A DNA stretch of 64,000 nt from Octopus sinensis (taxonomy: Eukaryota): NCBI RefSeq assembly GCF_006345805.1, contig NC_043017.1, positions 33,852,001-33,916,000 on the forward strand, in the 5' to 3' direction. Shown piece after piece: positions 38,953-52,380 of this stretch. Below the pieces are notes generated by a model, which did not search any database, was not told the origin of the DNA, and was given only the letters and a program-made list of their open reading frames with translations. The translations under genes were made by a program, and so were the position numbers. Numbering within the stretch: position 1 is the first letter of the stretch; the number at the start of each line of letters is the position of its first letter.

Positions 38953-39188
38953 TATTTCTTTACTACCCACAAGGGGCTAAACACAGAGGGGACAAACAAG
39001 GACAGACAAACGGATTAAGTTGATTATATCGACCCCAGTGCATAACTGGTACTTAATTTATCGACCCCGAAAGGATGAAAGGCAAAGTCGACCTCGGCGG
39101 AATTTGAGCCCATAACGTAGCGGCAGACGAAATACGGCTACGCATTTCGCCCGGCGTGCTAACGTTTCTGCCAGCTCGCCGCCTGCAT
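38953..39188 (-). mobile_element. SINE family B, full length with 16-bp TSD
   Basis: tatatacattgatata at 38937-38952 and 39189-39204. Confidence 0.9.
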
Positions 39189-39784
39189 TATATACATTGA
39201 TATACTGCACAAACATAGGTGCAGAAGAACTCATGTATACCCAGAGACAAGATAAGTGTCAAAACTTTCGACTGTTGGAGTGTCTGCATTAATTTGTGAA
39301 CCTCTGTAGTTCTGTTGGGTTTGAATTAAATGATAAATCAGCTGGACTTTGTTTTATGTTTTAGTTACTTCCTTTCTCGATTCAAACGCCATAGAAATTA
39401 GGACAGATACCTTGTCTGAAGTAGAATTATGCGAAAGTTCTTTCTGATATTCTGAAGTACGATCTCAGAGTTCATTATTTCCAGAGATTAACGCTATAAA
39501 ACTCTGACTGAGCTTTGTAAGAACAAGTCTTCAGGGAACTATAATGCTTGTAGTGCTTGTAAATATATTAAAAGGACTGGTTTGGCTGAATGGATTTGAG
39601 TAGCTACTGAGTGTTTTGAGCAAAACGTGCTAACAAGATAATACTCTCAATATTATTTAGTGAGGCTACACGTTTGCATGTTTCTGCTCCATAGAGGAGA
39701 TATACATACATACATACATTTATGTATATATGTATATATATATTCCTATATATATATTTATATATATATGTATATTTATATATA

Positions 39785-39837
39785 TATATTTATACACATA
39801 TATATATATGTATATTCATATATATATTTATATTTAT

Positions 39838-39905
<68 letters not shown>

Positions 39906-40326
39906 TTTTTGCGTAATGTGATATAGATATCAAAGCATTTATAAATAGGTCTTACAGCTGTTTCTAGAATATTAATTAATAACATCCCTTCATCGGAGAC
40001 AGTGTGAGAGGAAAAATTAAGTCATAGTTAGTTTCGATGTGATACAAATAGAGAGTGGATACAAATGTGATACAAATAGAGGGTGATACAAATAGAGGAG
40101 GAAAGAAAATAGATGTAAGACATGTATGGGTATTGAGTTCATAAAACCTTGAATCTGCTACATTCTATATAAAATTCCCTACTGGGAATGACCAACTATA
40201 AGAGAATCTTACATTGCTTATAAAGTTTACATTTGGATGGACTCATATTAAACTCTGTTGGACTTTGGGATTTTACTCAAATAATGGAATATTACACCAT
40301 TATGCCTATAAAACGGATTTATGAAC

Positions 40327-40371
<45 letters not shown>

Positions 40372-40985
40372 ATATTTATATATACATATGAGTATATATA
40401 TATATATATATATATTTCTATATACCTCTCTCACACTCTATATATACCCAGCTATATAGCTATATATCTGTCTATTTATATATATATATATATAAACAAC
40501 AACAACAACAACAAATTACATGAACGTATATAAACAGAAGATACAAATATTACAGGCGTCTCCCCACACACACACACACTAAATAAACATAGACGCACAT
40601 AGAGATATAAGCATGCGCAAATGAAGACATACAATAGAAATACAAAATGGCTGACGGTTAGTAAAGAGAGACACAAATAAGAAAGAAGAAAACAAAGGAC
40701 CACTGATGCGGTCACAGGAGTGTGACGAAAGAAATCTGGCCGAAATAAGATTAAGATTAATGTAAAAAATAAATAACACTGAAGCAAAATAACACCAAAT
40801 ATATAGTGCGTGTGTTTTTATTGGCTAAACTGGCAAAATGACCATTCCGAAATATAACAATATCTGTTTTAATACACGACTTCACATAAAATATATATAT
40901 AAAATATATATTTGTTGTGCAAATATATATATATTATACACATATATATATATATATGTATATTCATATATATATTTATATTTAT

Positions 40986-41018
<33 letters not shown>

Positions 41019-41461
41019 ATATATATATATATATAGAAATTTTTTGCGTAATGTGATATAGATATCAAAGCATTTATAAATAGGTCTTACAGCTGTTTCT
41101 AGAATATTAATTAATAACATCCCTTCATCGGAGACAGTGTGAGAGGAAAAATTAAGTCATAGTTAGTTTCGATGTGATACAAATAGAGAGTGGATACAAA
41201 TGTGATACAAATAGAGAGTGATACAAATAGAGGAGGAAAGAAAATAGATGTAAGACATGTATGGGTATTGAGTTCATAAAACCTTGAATCTGCTACATTC
41301 TATATAAAATTCCCTACTGGGAATGACCAACTATAAGAGAATCTTACATTGCTTATAAAGTTTACATTTGGATGGACTCATATTAAACTCTGTTGGACTT
41401 TGGGATTTTACTCAAATAATGGAATATTACACCATTATGCCTATAAAACGGATTTATGAAC

Positions 41462-41514
<53 letters not shown>

Positions 41515-42072
41515 ATATTTATATATACATATGAGTATATATATATATATATATATATTTCTATATACCTCTCTCACACTCTATATATACCCAGCTATAT
41601 AGCTATATATCTGTCTATTATATATATATATATATAAACAACAACAACAACAACAAATTACATGAACGTATATAAACAGAAGATACAAATATTACAGGCG
41701 TCTCCCCCCACACACACACACTAAATAAACATAGACGCACATAGAGATATAAGCATGCGCAAATGAAGACATACAATAGAAATACAAAATGGCTGACGGT
41801 TAGTAAAGAGAGACACAAATAAGAAAGAAGAAAACAAAGGACCACTGATGCGGTCACAGGAGTGTGACGAAAGAAATCTGGCCGAAATAAGATTAAGATT
41901 AATGTAAAAAATAAATAACACTGAAGCAAAATAACACCAAATATATAGTGCGTGTGTTTTTATTGGCTAAACTGGCAAAATGACCATTCCGAAATATAAC
42001 AATATCTGTTTTAATACACGACTTCACATAAAATATATATATAAAATATATATTTGTTGTGCAAATATATAT
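39785..42072 (+). repeat. ~1.14-kb tandem duplication (two near-identical units)
   Basis: Unique sequence at ~39900-40925 recurs at an offset of about 1135-1142 bp; the differences I noticed are mostly in microsatellite lengths. Confidence 0.9.
40697..40741 (+). ncRNA. Degenerate minimal hammerhead-like motif of family P4 (duplicate at 41839-41883)
   Basis: GGACCA-CUGAUGC-G-GUCAC-AGGAGU-GUGAC-GAAA-GAAA-UC^UGGCC; A9 replaced by C, bulged 5-bp stem I. Confidence 0.45.
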
Positions 42073-42384
42073 ATATATATACACGAGGATGCATATCTAT
42101 GTAAGGAAATAAATTCGTTTCCAATGTAGATCCTATCGTATCGTTTCTGTAACAAGCGAATATATAGGAATTACTGTTATTTCCGCCTTCCAAATCTTCT
42201 CTTATGACATTGGCGAAACAAGGGGAATAATAGAAACAATTCGATTTACGTCGATGCAATGAAGGTGCCTAAAAATGTAGATCATTCCACTGCTAGATCC
42301 TACGATATTCAACATGGCTATACTTACTTTCAAATCTCTTGAATACATACCTGTGTGTAAATCTATATAAACTTCTATGTAAAC

Positions 42385-42444
<60 letters not shown>

Positions 42445-42449
42445 CATAT

Positions 42450-42944
42450 ATGTATGTATAATGCCCTCTATATATAAATTAATATGTTCAATAAGAAATA
42501 ATTATTTTCGAAATTTTTTCTCTTATGAGGTTTTCACGCTATCTACCTGACAATTTCTTGTTAAGTTTTCCTTATTAAGTAGTTGTCCTTAATTGCTAAA
42601 TTTTTATTCCGAAAAAACTTTTCCTTTCCCGAAATGCAATTCGTAAAAGTATGCCATTTACAGGATGTAATATATGTAAACTCACCCATGTGCTTCGTTG
42701 ATGTTGATCAGATAGCTGATCGGCTTAAGCGGGACAGGGTCGTTTATTTATGATACATTCAGGCCTGCTGATGAATACGTAAGTATGAAATCACTGTGAT
42801 ACAGGTCTATATTTTTTAATGTCTTACTTTGAAAAATTGCATTCGGTGGGATTAGTAATATTTTTGGTAGAAATGACTAATTGTCCCTCTTAGCGTGTGG
42901 CATGTATGTATAATGCCCTCTGGCATGTATGTATAATGCCCTCT
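42450..42944 (+). mobile_element. HHR-bearing mini-element P5 with short terminal redundancy
   Basis: atgtatgtataatgccctct at 42450-42469, 42902-42921 and 42925-42944; flanked by (TA)n. Confidence 0.65.
42761..42808 (+). ncRNA. Type I hammerhead ribozyme, compact, canonical core
   Basis: AGGCCUG-CUGAUGA-AUAC-GUAA-GUAU-GAAA-UCACUGUGA-UA^CAGGUCU; stem I 7 bp (one G-U), stem II 4 bp with GNRA loop, stem III quasi-palindrome AUCAC-U-GUGAU. Confidence 0.85.
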
Positions 42945-42958
42945 ATATATAATATATA

Positions 42959-42990
<32 letters not shown>

Positions 42991-43909
42991 GCGTGTGTAT
43001 ATAAAATATATATATGTATCCACACACACATACAAGCATATAAATTTCCATACTTGAATACGTTTGCTATTCAAATTTGTTTTTATTCTTTTGTTGGCAT
43101 TGTTCTTCGTTTTGGATTCACAGTCATCAATTATACTAATTCAGAATAAATGGCTTTTTTGTTCGTGTTGGCGATGTGGAGGTTGTATGAAAATGATTGT
43201 TTATGTGCTAGATTCTCCAGTAAATATTGTCTGAAAATCTGTTACATTTTTTATTTACTTTTTTCACTTCCTGCATCTAAGAAAAAAAAATGATTTTCTT
43301 TGCCGATGATTTTGCTGTCGTTATTGTTGCTGATGATTCTACTAAAAATATTGGGTGTGTAGGAAGGTTGTGGCTGGTGTGAGCATGATGATGACGATTA
43401 TGATGATGGTGGTCATGATGATGACGACGACGATGATGTCGGTGATGTCTTGGACAGCGACAATATTTGAGAGAATTTCTTAATATAGATATTGTACGTT
43501 CTTACGTGTTATTTAAGTTATAACGTCATGCTGAAAATGTCTTCTTTTCAAATGCCTTGACATCGCTGTAGTCACAACTACCATTTTCCTTCTAATAATA
43601 ATGGCGATTGATGATTCTTATGATAATCATCATCATTCGGAGTACGATAACAGTAATGATAATGGCTGTGTTTTCTAAGGATTGTGGTCTCTTTAGTATG
43701 TATAAAATTTTTGTTCTTTCTGATTTTATTTCATACAAGAAAGCTCTACAAAAAACCTGATATATACTCATACACTCATACACAAGCACACATACACACA
43801 CACATACACACAAACGCACACACACACGCACACATGTAAGCATCAATACGCATATGTATGTCAATGTGTGTATGTGATCGTGTGAGTGCAATCGTTAGCA
43901 TGTAAACGA

Positions 43910-44341
43910 AGCAACTTATAAAAGACGATCTCTCTGTTTTTGATACGATTTTTTAATTTGTTAAGGCCTTTCTTGATTTTAGTGTTAAGATCGTGGGTCC
44001 TATTTACTGATCGTTCTTGTATATGTCTTTGGGTGTAATTAGAGAAGGCTGATAGAAGCTTGGATTTAGTAAGGGTAAACTTTGCTTCCAAGGCAGCGTC
44101 AGTATAGGGTGGCATGCATACTCTTTTGTTGAAGGGTAAGTTGTTAGGTTAGACCCTTTTCATGTCAAATGGCATGTCACGTTTATCATAGAAACAACGT
44201 ATGGAATGGTTATAGTCAGGCATGTATTGAGTGTCAGGATTTTGGTTATAAAAGACGGCTTTTATTATAAAGAAAAAGTCTATCAACAAATTTTGGTTAT
44301 AAAAGACGGCTTTTATTATAAAGAAAAAATCTATCAACAAA
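43910..44341 (-). pseudogene. Penelope-like element ORF fragment (region preceding the RT)
   Basis: NLPFNKRVCMPPYTDAALEAKF...IKKGLNKLKNRIKNREIVFYK resembles the PLE motif GLKSLKKRIK..EIV...TDK; includes a 51-bp tandem duplication (44240-44341). Confidence 0.5.
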
Positions 44342-44895
44342 TTTATACCACACTCTAATCATAGCTGATTGACAATTCTTTCTAATCAGATTCTAATTCA
44401 ATGTTTTCAAAAATGAAAGAGTACCAAAAAAAAATAAATACTCTAGTTAAATACTTAAAAAAAAAGACTTCAACGCTAAAACATCTGTGGATTATAATGT
44501 GGTTTGCTTAATCGTGAAAATTAGAAATGGCGCCAGGATATTTCTATTGCTGTGGCAACTATTATGTAACATCGTATAAATTTTCACGTACAACTGCGGA
44601 TATTTCTTTGTATCTTTAATGATTCCCAGTGCTTATTTACATATTTCTGTGTGTATGATATCAATGTAATTCCATTTTTAAACTTCAATTTATTAATGTG
44701 CAATTGATATTAATTGTGTGCATGTTGAGTGCATGGATATTAGCGATATAGCACATGTAAATACGCATATTTCCGCACATGTAGTATGTTTATATGAAAA
44801 CCTGATGTTATTTAAGACATGTCTCGCAGCATCATGATTGTAATGTAATTATGTTTAAATAAGTATGTAATTATGTGTGTATATTTATGAATACG

Positions 44896-45094
44896 GCGAG
44901 CTGGTAGAATCGTTAGCAGGCCGGGCGAAATGCTTAGCAGTATTTCGTCTACGGTTACGTTCTGAATTCGAATTCCGCCGAGGTCGACTTTGCCTTTCAT
45001 CCTTTCGGGGTCGATTAAATAAGTACCAGTTATGCATTGGGGTCAATCCGTTTGTCCCCTCTGTGTTTAGTCCCTTGTGGGTAGTAAAGAAATA
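44896..45094 (+). mobile_element. SINE family B with 17-bp TSD
   Basis: gtatatttatgaatacg at 44879-44895 and 45095-45111. Confidence 0.9.
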
Positions 45095-45654
45095 GTATAT
45101 TTATGAATACGTACCATATATTTGTATGTATGTGATATGTGCACATGCATGCGTGTGTATATATGCTTTCATAGACACACACATACACACTTTCACGTGT
45201 GCGTATTTACGGTGTGCGTATTTACGGTGTGCGTATGACAGGAGTGTGCGAGTATAGTTGTTTGGAAGAGAGATAAAGAGAGAGATGGGGGAAGAGAGAG
45301 AGGGGGAGAAAGTGAAGAAGGATGAGGGACTGAAATTAGGAGCGAGATAGATAATATGGATGACACTTTAGTATCACGTGAAATTAGAAGGGAAGCAGGA
45401 ATAAGATTCTAAAGGAATAGAGTGGTTTGGCAGTGAAGTTTATGAGACATCGTAAATTGGAAACTTTGAATGTTTTGCTTAGGTCAGTGATCTTGTCAAG
45501 AAGTTCATGAAATGCATCATCAATATATAGATACATTCATACAAGTGCTCGCACGCGAACACGCGCTCACTCAGTGTCTCTACATATGCACGAAAAGACG
45601 GCAACACACGGCTGCAACTTACACGTGCACCAACGCATTTACAGCTTCCAGAGT

Positions 45655-45845
45655 TTGGCACAAGGCCAGAAATTATGGCGATTAAATCGACCACAGTACT
45701 AAGCTTGTATTTGTTTTATCGATACCGAATTGAAGGAAGGCAAAGTCAGCCTCGGCGGAATTTGAACTTAGAACGAAGAGACACACGAAATGCTGCAAAA
45801 CACCCTTCCCAGCATGCTAACGATTCTATCAACTCGTCGCCGGGT
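45655..45845 (-). mobile_element. SINE family B, degenerate
   Basis: ggcaaagtcagcctcggcggaatttgaacttagaacg. Confidence 0.65.
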
Positions 45846-45881
45846 ATAACACGTATATTGACAACAAATATATACAGTAGC

Positions 45882-45961
<80 letters not shown>

Positions 45962-46215
45962 TCACAAACAGTGAGTCACACATACGCCTGAACAGGGAGA
46001 GCATCAGCTTCCATGTATTTACTTGCAGATACACCTACACATATTCTCATATACATACATGTTCAATCTCACGGCACAAATAATATGGTTAATTAAAAAA
46101 AGAAAAGTTAACTAATATGAGCACCTTCAATTGCTTCGTTCTACATTATTATATATATTATAACTGATGTAATTCAGAAAAGTAGGGATATTCTGAATTT
46201 CATACGTAGAATAGA

Positions 46216-46373
46216 AGGCGCAGGAGTGGCTGTGTGGTAAGTAGCTTGCTTGTCAACCACATGGTTCCGGGTTCAGTCCCACTGCGTGGTACTTTGGGCA
46301 AGTGTCTTCTACTACCAAAGCCTTGTGAGTGGATTTGGTAGACGGAAACTGAAAGAAGCCTTTCGTGTATATG

Positions 46374-46412
<39 letters not shown>

Positions 46413-46448
46413 ATGTATGTGTGTGTGTGTGTGTGTGTGGTGTGTGTA

Positions 46449-46490
<42 letters not shown>

Positions 46491-46690
46491 TGTGTCTGTG
46501 TTTGTCCCCCCAAAATCGCTTGACAACCGATGCTGGTGTGTTCATGTCCCCGTAACTTTGCGGTTCGGCAAAAGAGGTCGATAAAATAAGCACTAGGCTT
46601 ACAAAGAATAAGTCCTGGGGTCGATTTGCTCGACTAAAGGCGGTGCTCCACCATGGCCGCAGTCAAATGACTGAAACAACTAAAAGAGTA
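46216..46690 (+). mobile_element. SINE family A, full length, long internal (TG)n
   Basis: As for the other family A copies. Confidence 0.9.
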
Positions 46691-48052
46691 ACTGATTCTT
46701 AGTTCTCAACAAAAGATATAAAGTCAAATCTAAAGAATAGTTCGCGATTCCGAAAGAGGTGGGAATTCAAATTCTGTAAATCGAGACTTCATTTCCTGAA
46801 AATTCAATTTCCTGATTAGCATTTAAAGCTAATGATATTTCTCGTCAAGTTAGTTGCTATGTACATATTTTGGATATTATAGATCTCGTCAACAAAGTAT
46901 AATGTTTCAAGCTTGCTTTGCTCAATGGCCATATGCTTTCTCAAGTAGAATACTACAATCATTTTTTCACCATAATTATAACAATAACTTTGTTATTATG
47001 CAAATTACATAAACCGAAGCAGAACATTTTGATGTTCGTTATTCGGTATGTAACCATCTGCTTGAATTTTCTGAATAAATATTTTCGAAGCACGTAAATT
47101 ATTTCACTCAGTTCTCTTTTGTAAATGATATAAAAGTGAATTTGGAGAAATTACGTACCTTTCTACACGTAAAAATATCTATCGACTGATCAAAGCATGT
47201 TTGAGAAAAAGATCCAACGCTTTGTCGTCTGAAGAAACATAAACTCGTTAGTAATTGTCATGCTGAATACTAATACAGATCCTAATTTTCTTTGTGTGTA
47301 AATTAAATTTTCAGCAAAGGAATTCATGATTTCTTGAATTTGTATCTTTGTTTTGTAAGTTTTCTCTTTTTATTTCGTTCTCCAATGGAGAAGAAAACTG
47401 CAGTTCACAAACAATATTTCGTTTGTATATTATGTACATAACACCTACTGCAGTTGTATAATGATATACCTATATACTATAGAGCACGTATACGCATCTA
47501 AAATGTACACTACCATGTGGTTGGATGCGAATTAACATATGCAAATAAGTGCATTCTTACTCATAATAGTCATTAATGTATAAAAATAATAAATATTTCT
47601 TTCTAATATTGGCACAAGGCCAGCAATTTTGAGATGAGAGACATGCCGATTACACTGACCCGATTTCTTTACCAGTACTTTATTTTATCGACTCCGTGAG
47701 GACGAATGGTAAAATAGACGTCGGCATATTTATCATGTGGTCATCATTGTACAAGACGTTATTTGCTTACTATTTAGTTTCGCAGAAATTATCGAAGAGT
47801 TCCACAGTTTTCAACAAAACTTCTCATCGGAATATTAAAGTATAAGATTAACAAATATCTCATACAAATAACATTATGACTCACTTAACTGATAACCACC
47901 ACCCTCCAAATACAAACAGGTAAAAAACCTTAGATAGCACCAACACCAAGTGAAGAAGCCTGCTGACTAAGTAAAACATACCACATAGCTACATTCTTTA
48001 GTAAAAACCCTTAAAGACTCAATTATCCAAAAGCTGACACACACTTTTACAG

Positions 48053-48235
48053 TTTTACTTGTTTCAATCATTTGACTGGGACCATGCTGGAGCACCACCT
48101 CGAAGGGTTTTAGTCGAAGAAATCGACCCCAGAACTTATTCTTTGTAAGCCTAGCGCTTATAATATCACTTTCTATTGCCGAACCGCTACGTTATGGGGA
48201 CATAGACACACCAACATCGGTTGTCAAGCGATAGC
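48053..48235 (-). mobile_element. SINE family A, 3' half
   Basis: ttttacttgtttcaatcatttgactgggaccatgctggagcacc. Confidence 0.8.
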
Positions 48236-48241
48236 AGCGTT

Positions 48242-48273
<32 letters not shown>

Positions 48274-48274
48274 A

Positions 48275-48332
<58 letters not shown>

Positions 48333-48335
48333 CAT

Positions 48336-48650
48336 GGAGGCGCAATGGCCAAGTGGTTAGGACAGCGGACGATTCGGGTTGGTGGGATCGCGTTTCGACT
48401 CCCAGACCGTGTGTTGTGAGTGTTCCACAAGGCTCCGGCAGGAGATGGTGGCAAACCCCCACTGTACTCTTTCACCACAACTTTCTCGCACTCCTTCTTC
48501 CTGATTCTGTTGAACCTGTATTTCAAAGGGCCAGCCTTGTCACACACTGTGCCATGCTGAATTTCCCCGAGAACTACGTCTGCGGAGTACTCAAGCTGTT
48601 CCGTTGATCGGATCAACTGGAACCCTCGTCGTCATAACCGACAGTGTCAC
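48336..48650 (+). mobile_element. tRNA-derived SINE, fourth family
   Basis: ggaggcgcaaTGGCCAAGTGGttagg (A box) and GTTTCGACTCC (B box); flanked by microsatellites. Confidence 0.7.
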
Positions 48651-48658
48651 GATATATA

Positions 48659-48705
<47 letters not shown>

Positions 48706-48752
48706 TATATATATATATATAATATATATATATATTGTTGTATTTATATTGT

Positions 48753-48802
<50 letters not shown>

Positions 48803-48809
<7 letters not shown>

Positions 48810-48998
48810 ATTTCGGAATGGTCATTTTGCTAGTTTAGCCAATAAAAACACACGCACTATATAAAAAAATCAAATGGCCGAAATAAGATTAAGATTAATA
48901 GAAAAAATAAATAACGCTGAAGCAAAGTAACACCAAATATATAGTGCGTTTGTTTTTATTGGCTAATCTGGCAAAATGACCATTACGAAATACAACAA
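48803..48998. mobile_element. Family P4 copy (48875-48998, +) preceded by an inverted partial copy (48803-48862)
   Basis: ~60-bp arms are reverse complements with a few mismatches. Confidence 0.75.
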
Positions 48999-49337
48999 TA
49001 TATATATATACATACATATTAGAGGGAAACCACTTACGTTTAGCGTGCCAGAATAGACTTAGGGAAGGAAACAAAATCAAAGGTTTCTTGAAAGTACACA
49101 TACATTTCTCTTCAGTTGGATGGATCTCACTTTTTTAATATTATTTGTGCTAACAATAGAAACGTCCTTTGCATGGAGATTTACTGTACAAAAATGATAT
49201 ATTTGCCTTCCATATGAGAAAAGCATTGAGATTGTCTTCACTCCTTTATATATAAGTAATCTGATGGTCTTCAATTTTGTTAAAAGAAGTAAAAAAATTA
49301 ACTTCTTCCGAATTTTTTTTTAAAGTAAAACTGATAT

Positions 49338-49498
49338 AGGCGCAGGAGTGGCTGTGTGGTAGGTTGCTTGCTAACCAGCCACATGGTTCCGGGTTCAGTC
49401 CCACTACGTGGCATCTTGGGCGATTTCTTCTGCTATAGCCCCGGGCCGACCAATGCCTTGTGAGTGAATTTGGTAGACGGAAACTGAAAGAAGCCTGT

Positions 49499-49535
<37 letters not shown>

Positions 49536-49747
49536 TTGTGTGTCTGTGTTTGTCCCCCTAGCATTGCTTGACAACCGATGCTGGTGTGTTTACGTTCCCG
49601 TCACTTAGCGGTTCGGCAAAAGAGACCGATAGAATAAGTACTGGGCTTACAAAGAGAATAAGTCCCGGGGTCGATTTGCTCGACTAAAGGCGGTGCTCCA
49701 GCATGGCCGCAGTCAAATGACTGAAACAAGTAAAAGAGTAAAGAGTA
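49338..49747 (+). mobile_element. SINE family A, full length
   Basis: As for the other family A copies. Confidence 0.9.
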
Positions 49748-50914
49748 TAGTTACTGATATCATCTGTTATTGTGATATAAATTGCTACAACAAGACGCAA
49801 AGTCTCACTCATAAATACACTATGGCAATGAATTTCGCAAATCTTCAGGAATTCGTTTCAAACTGACACATATATTCCAAACTGCGCAAGCATGTAACAT
49901 CACTCCTGACATACACCTTTGATCGTCGAATGGGCATGGCATAGTCTTTATTCTTGGTTTGAATAAACGCAACTGTGCCATGAAGGAATTCGATTAAGTG
50001 ACAAAAATATCTTGATCATAGATTATATTTATATACTTGTATATGTCTCAACGATTTATCAAAACCATTCTTTATCGGACTTCTAGTATTAGTTCGTAAA
50101 ATTATTATACAAGCTCTCACGATGACATTGGCTTTGTTCTGATACGTATAATGTATCTGTGCGCAAAAGAAACTACAGAACAAAAAATCTTCCTTTAATC
50201 GATTAATCTCTCTCCTGAAACTTAATGCAGAGACAATGTTATAAAATAATATCATTGTTTGGCATGTTCTCTTGAGTCGTTCACGGTTCATTAAATGGCG
50301 ATATTCGGTTGGTGAAAAAATACGAGCTTAACAGCAAAAAAATAAAAGAAAAATGAAACGTATTTGCCTAAGATTTATTTTGAAGGCTCTGTATCACCAA
50401 ACAAACTCTGCTATCTCGTTTGCGGGCCAAACAGAATCTTTGATTTCACAGCAGGCTCATATTTTCAGTCGCCTACTTTATTAATGACGTTCCGTTTTAT
50501 TTTATTCGCTTCACAGGGTGAAACAAAATGGATATCAGATACTACCATTATACAACGGGAAAATGAGTCAGTTTCCTGCAGCAGTAGTCAAATAAGAAAC
50601 AATATCATATTTATATATTTTTACTTAATTTGTCATCGCAAGTGATGCAGGGATATTTATTGCCAAAAATAAGAAAATAAAGCCACTAAATAAAGCAAAG
50701 AAGTAAACTACAGCTTTTACGTGACATCTGACACCATACAAATTGAAATATAATACTGGAGATTCCTTATACGTACGACTAGAAGGGTCCACATAAGAAA
50801 TGTGTTTTATTCAGACATTAAAGGAGAATAGGAAGGAGAAATTCAAGATGGATAAATGCGCGCGCGTACACACGCACACACGCGCACACACATATATGTG
50901 TTTTATGTTTTATC

Positions 50915-51065
50915 TTTTGTTTGTTTTAGTCATTATATCGCGACCATGCTAAAATAGTAAAACCTTGAAGGTTTAGTCGAACAAATCGACCCCAGTACTT
51001 ATTTTCTAAAACTGATACTTGTTCCGTTGATTACAATTAAGGTTAAGTTACAGGGACTACACAAA
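50915..51065 (-). mobile_element. SINE family A, degenerate 3' fragment
   Basis: tttagtcgaacaaatcgaccccagtacttat. Confidence 0.55.
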
Positions 51066-51096
51066 CCAACACCTCAAAGATATACCTAAATATATA

Positions 51097-51226
<130 letters not shown>

Positions 51227-52141
51227 CATAGATATATAGATATGTGTGTGTGAGTTAGAGGTTGAGAAACCAACTAAAGGATAGTACCTATCCAATATAC
51301 TGCTGGTAGTGTACCCAACTATTCTTAGTCAAGTGCTAGTTAACGTGTGGCAATCTCGCAATTGAGTATCATATATGGGCGGCGGTAAAAAAGTGATTTA
51401 CCCATGGTTTATACGGCAAATAAAAAAAACGGAGAGGATATAAAATCGACAGACATCAGCCAGTAAACATTCGAGTATGTCTACTTATTCAACTGTAAAG
51501 GATGAATGCACTCACAAGTACGAGTTATACAGAATTAGCGAGTGGAAAAAGCTGGTAACTGCATAGACAAGGGTGTGAATACATACAAGCATATAGAAAC
51601 AAATGAGCAAAAATATAAATGGGTGTTCAAATTCTAGTTCCTTACGGCCGTTTTTTTTGCCAAGAGGCAACAAAATCTTTCAGGATATCTCCATCACTTC
51701 AACGTTATGCGGAGATGAGCAGACCATACCATCAAACCCACCACTAAAGTTCTATGGAAATTATCTGCCTGAAATTATCCCTCTTGAAAGTGACTTTATT
51801 CACATATCCACCACTGGATGAAATACCATGGATTTTATAAATATTTTATGGGAAGTCTGTACCTTTTTCACCCTTGCTATGCCCACCACAATATTGTAGT
51901 ATGCTATATTTCACTCTTGTATTCTGTGTTTTTGCACTTATTCTCATTCTTATTCTACTCTATTTGAAGGGATAAGCACACCTTATCTATTCTTAACTGA
52001 CTTTTATATGTGTTAGCTCCTACCCCGACTACTTGGACCCTCTGAAGAAGCTTAGGGGCACATCCATTATCCAAGCCTTGTCAGTTCATCCCTATTTTAT
52101 GTGTGTAAGGGTATGTACACACACACACACACGAACACATA

Positions 52142-52196
<55 letters not shown>

Positions 52197-52380
52197 AACC
52201 TTTACATAAATAAATAACGTGAAATACACGAAGGGACGAACAAAAAGACAAACGGGTCATTCAAAGCCTTCATTCTTCAGTAAGAAGCTGATGCCTCATC
52301 GCAGATTTTGGCTGTTTAATTCTGATATATATATACATATATATATATATACATACATATATATACATATATATGTATAT

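Noticed and set aside
48336-48420. tRNA gene-like sequence (likewise the heads of SINE families A and B)
   Set aside because: A and B boxes are present but no cloverleaf closes; the sequence continues into SINE bodies.
52255-52320. Minus-strand CUGAAGA next to a cagccaaa motif like P1/P3
   Set aside because: Stem II mismatched and GACC in place of GAAA; at most a dead fossil.
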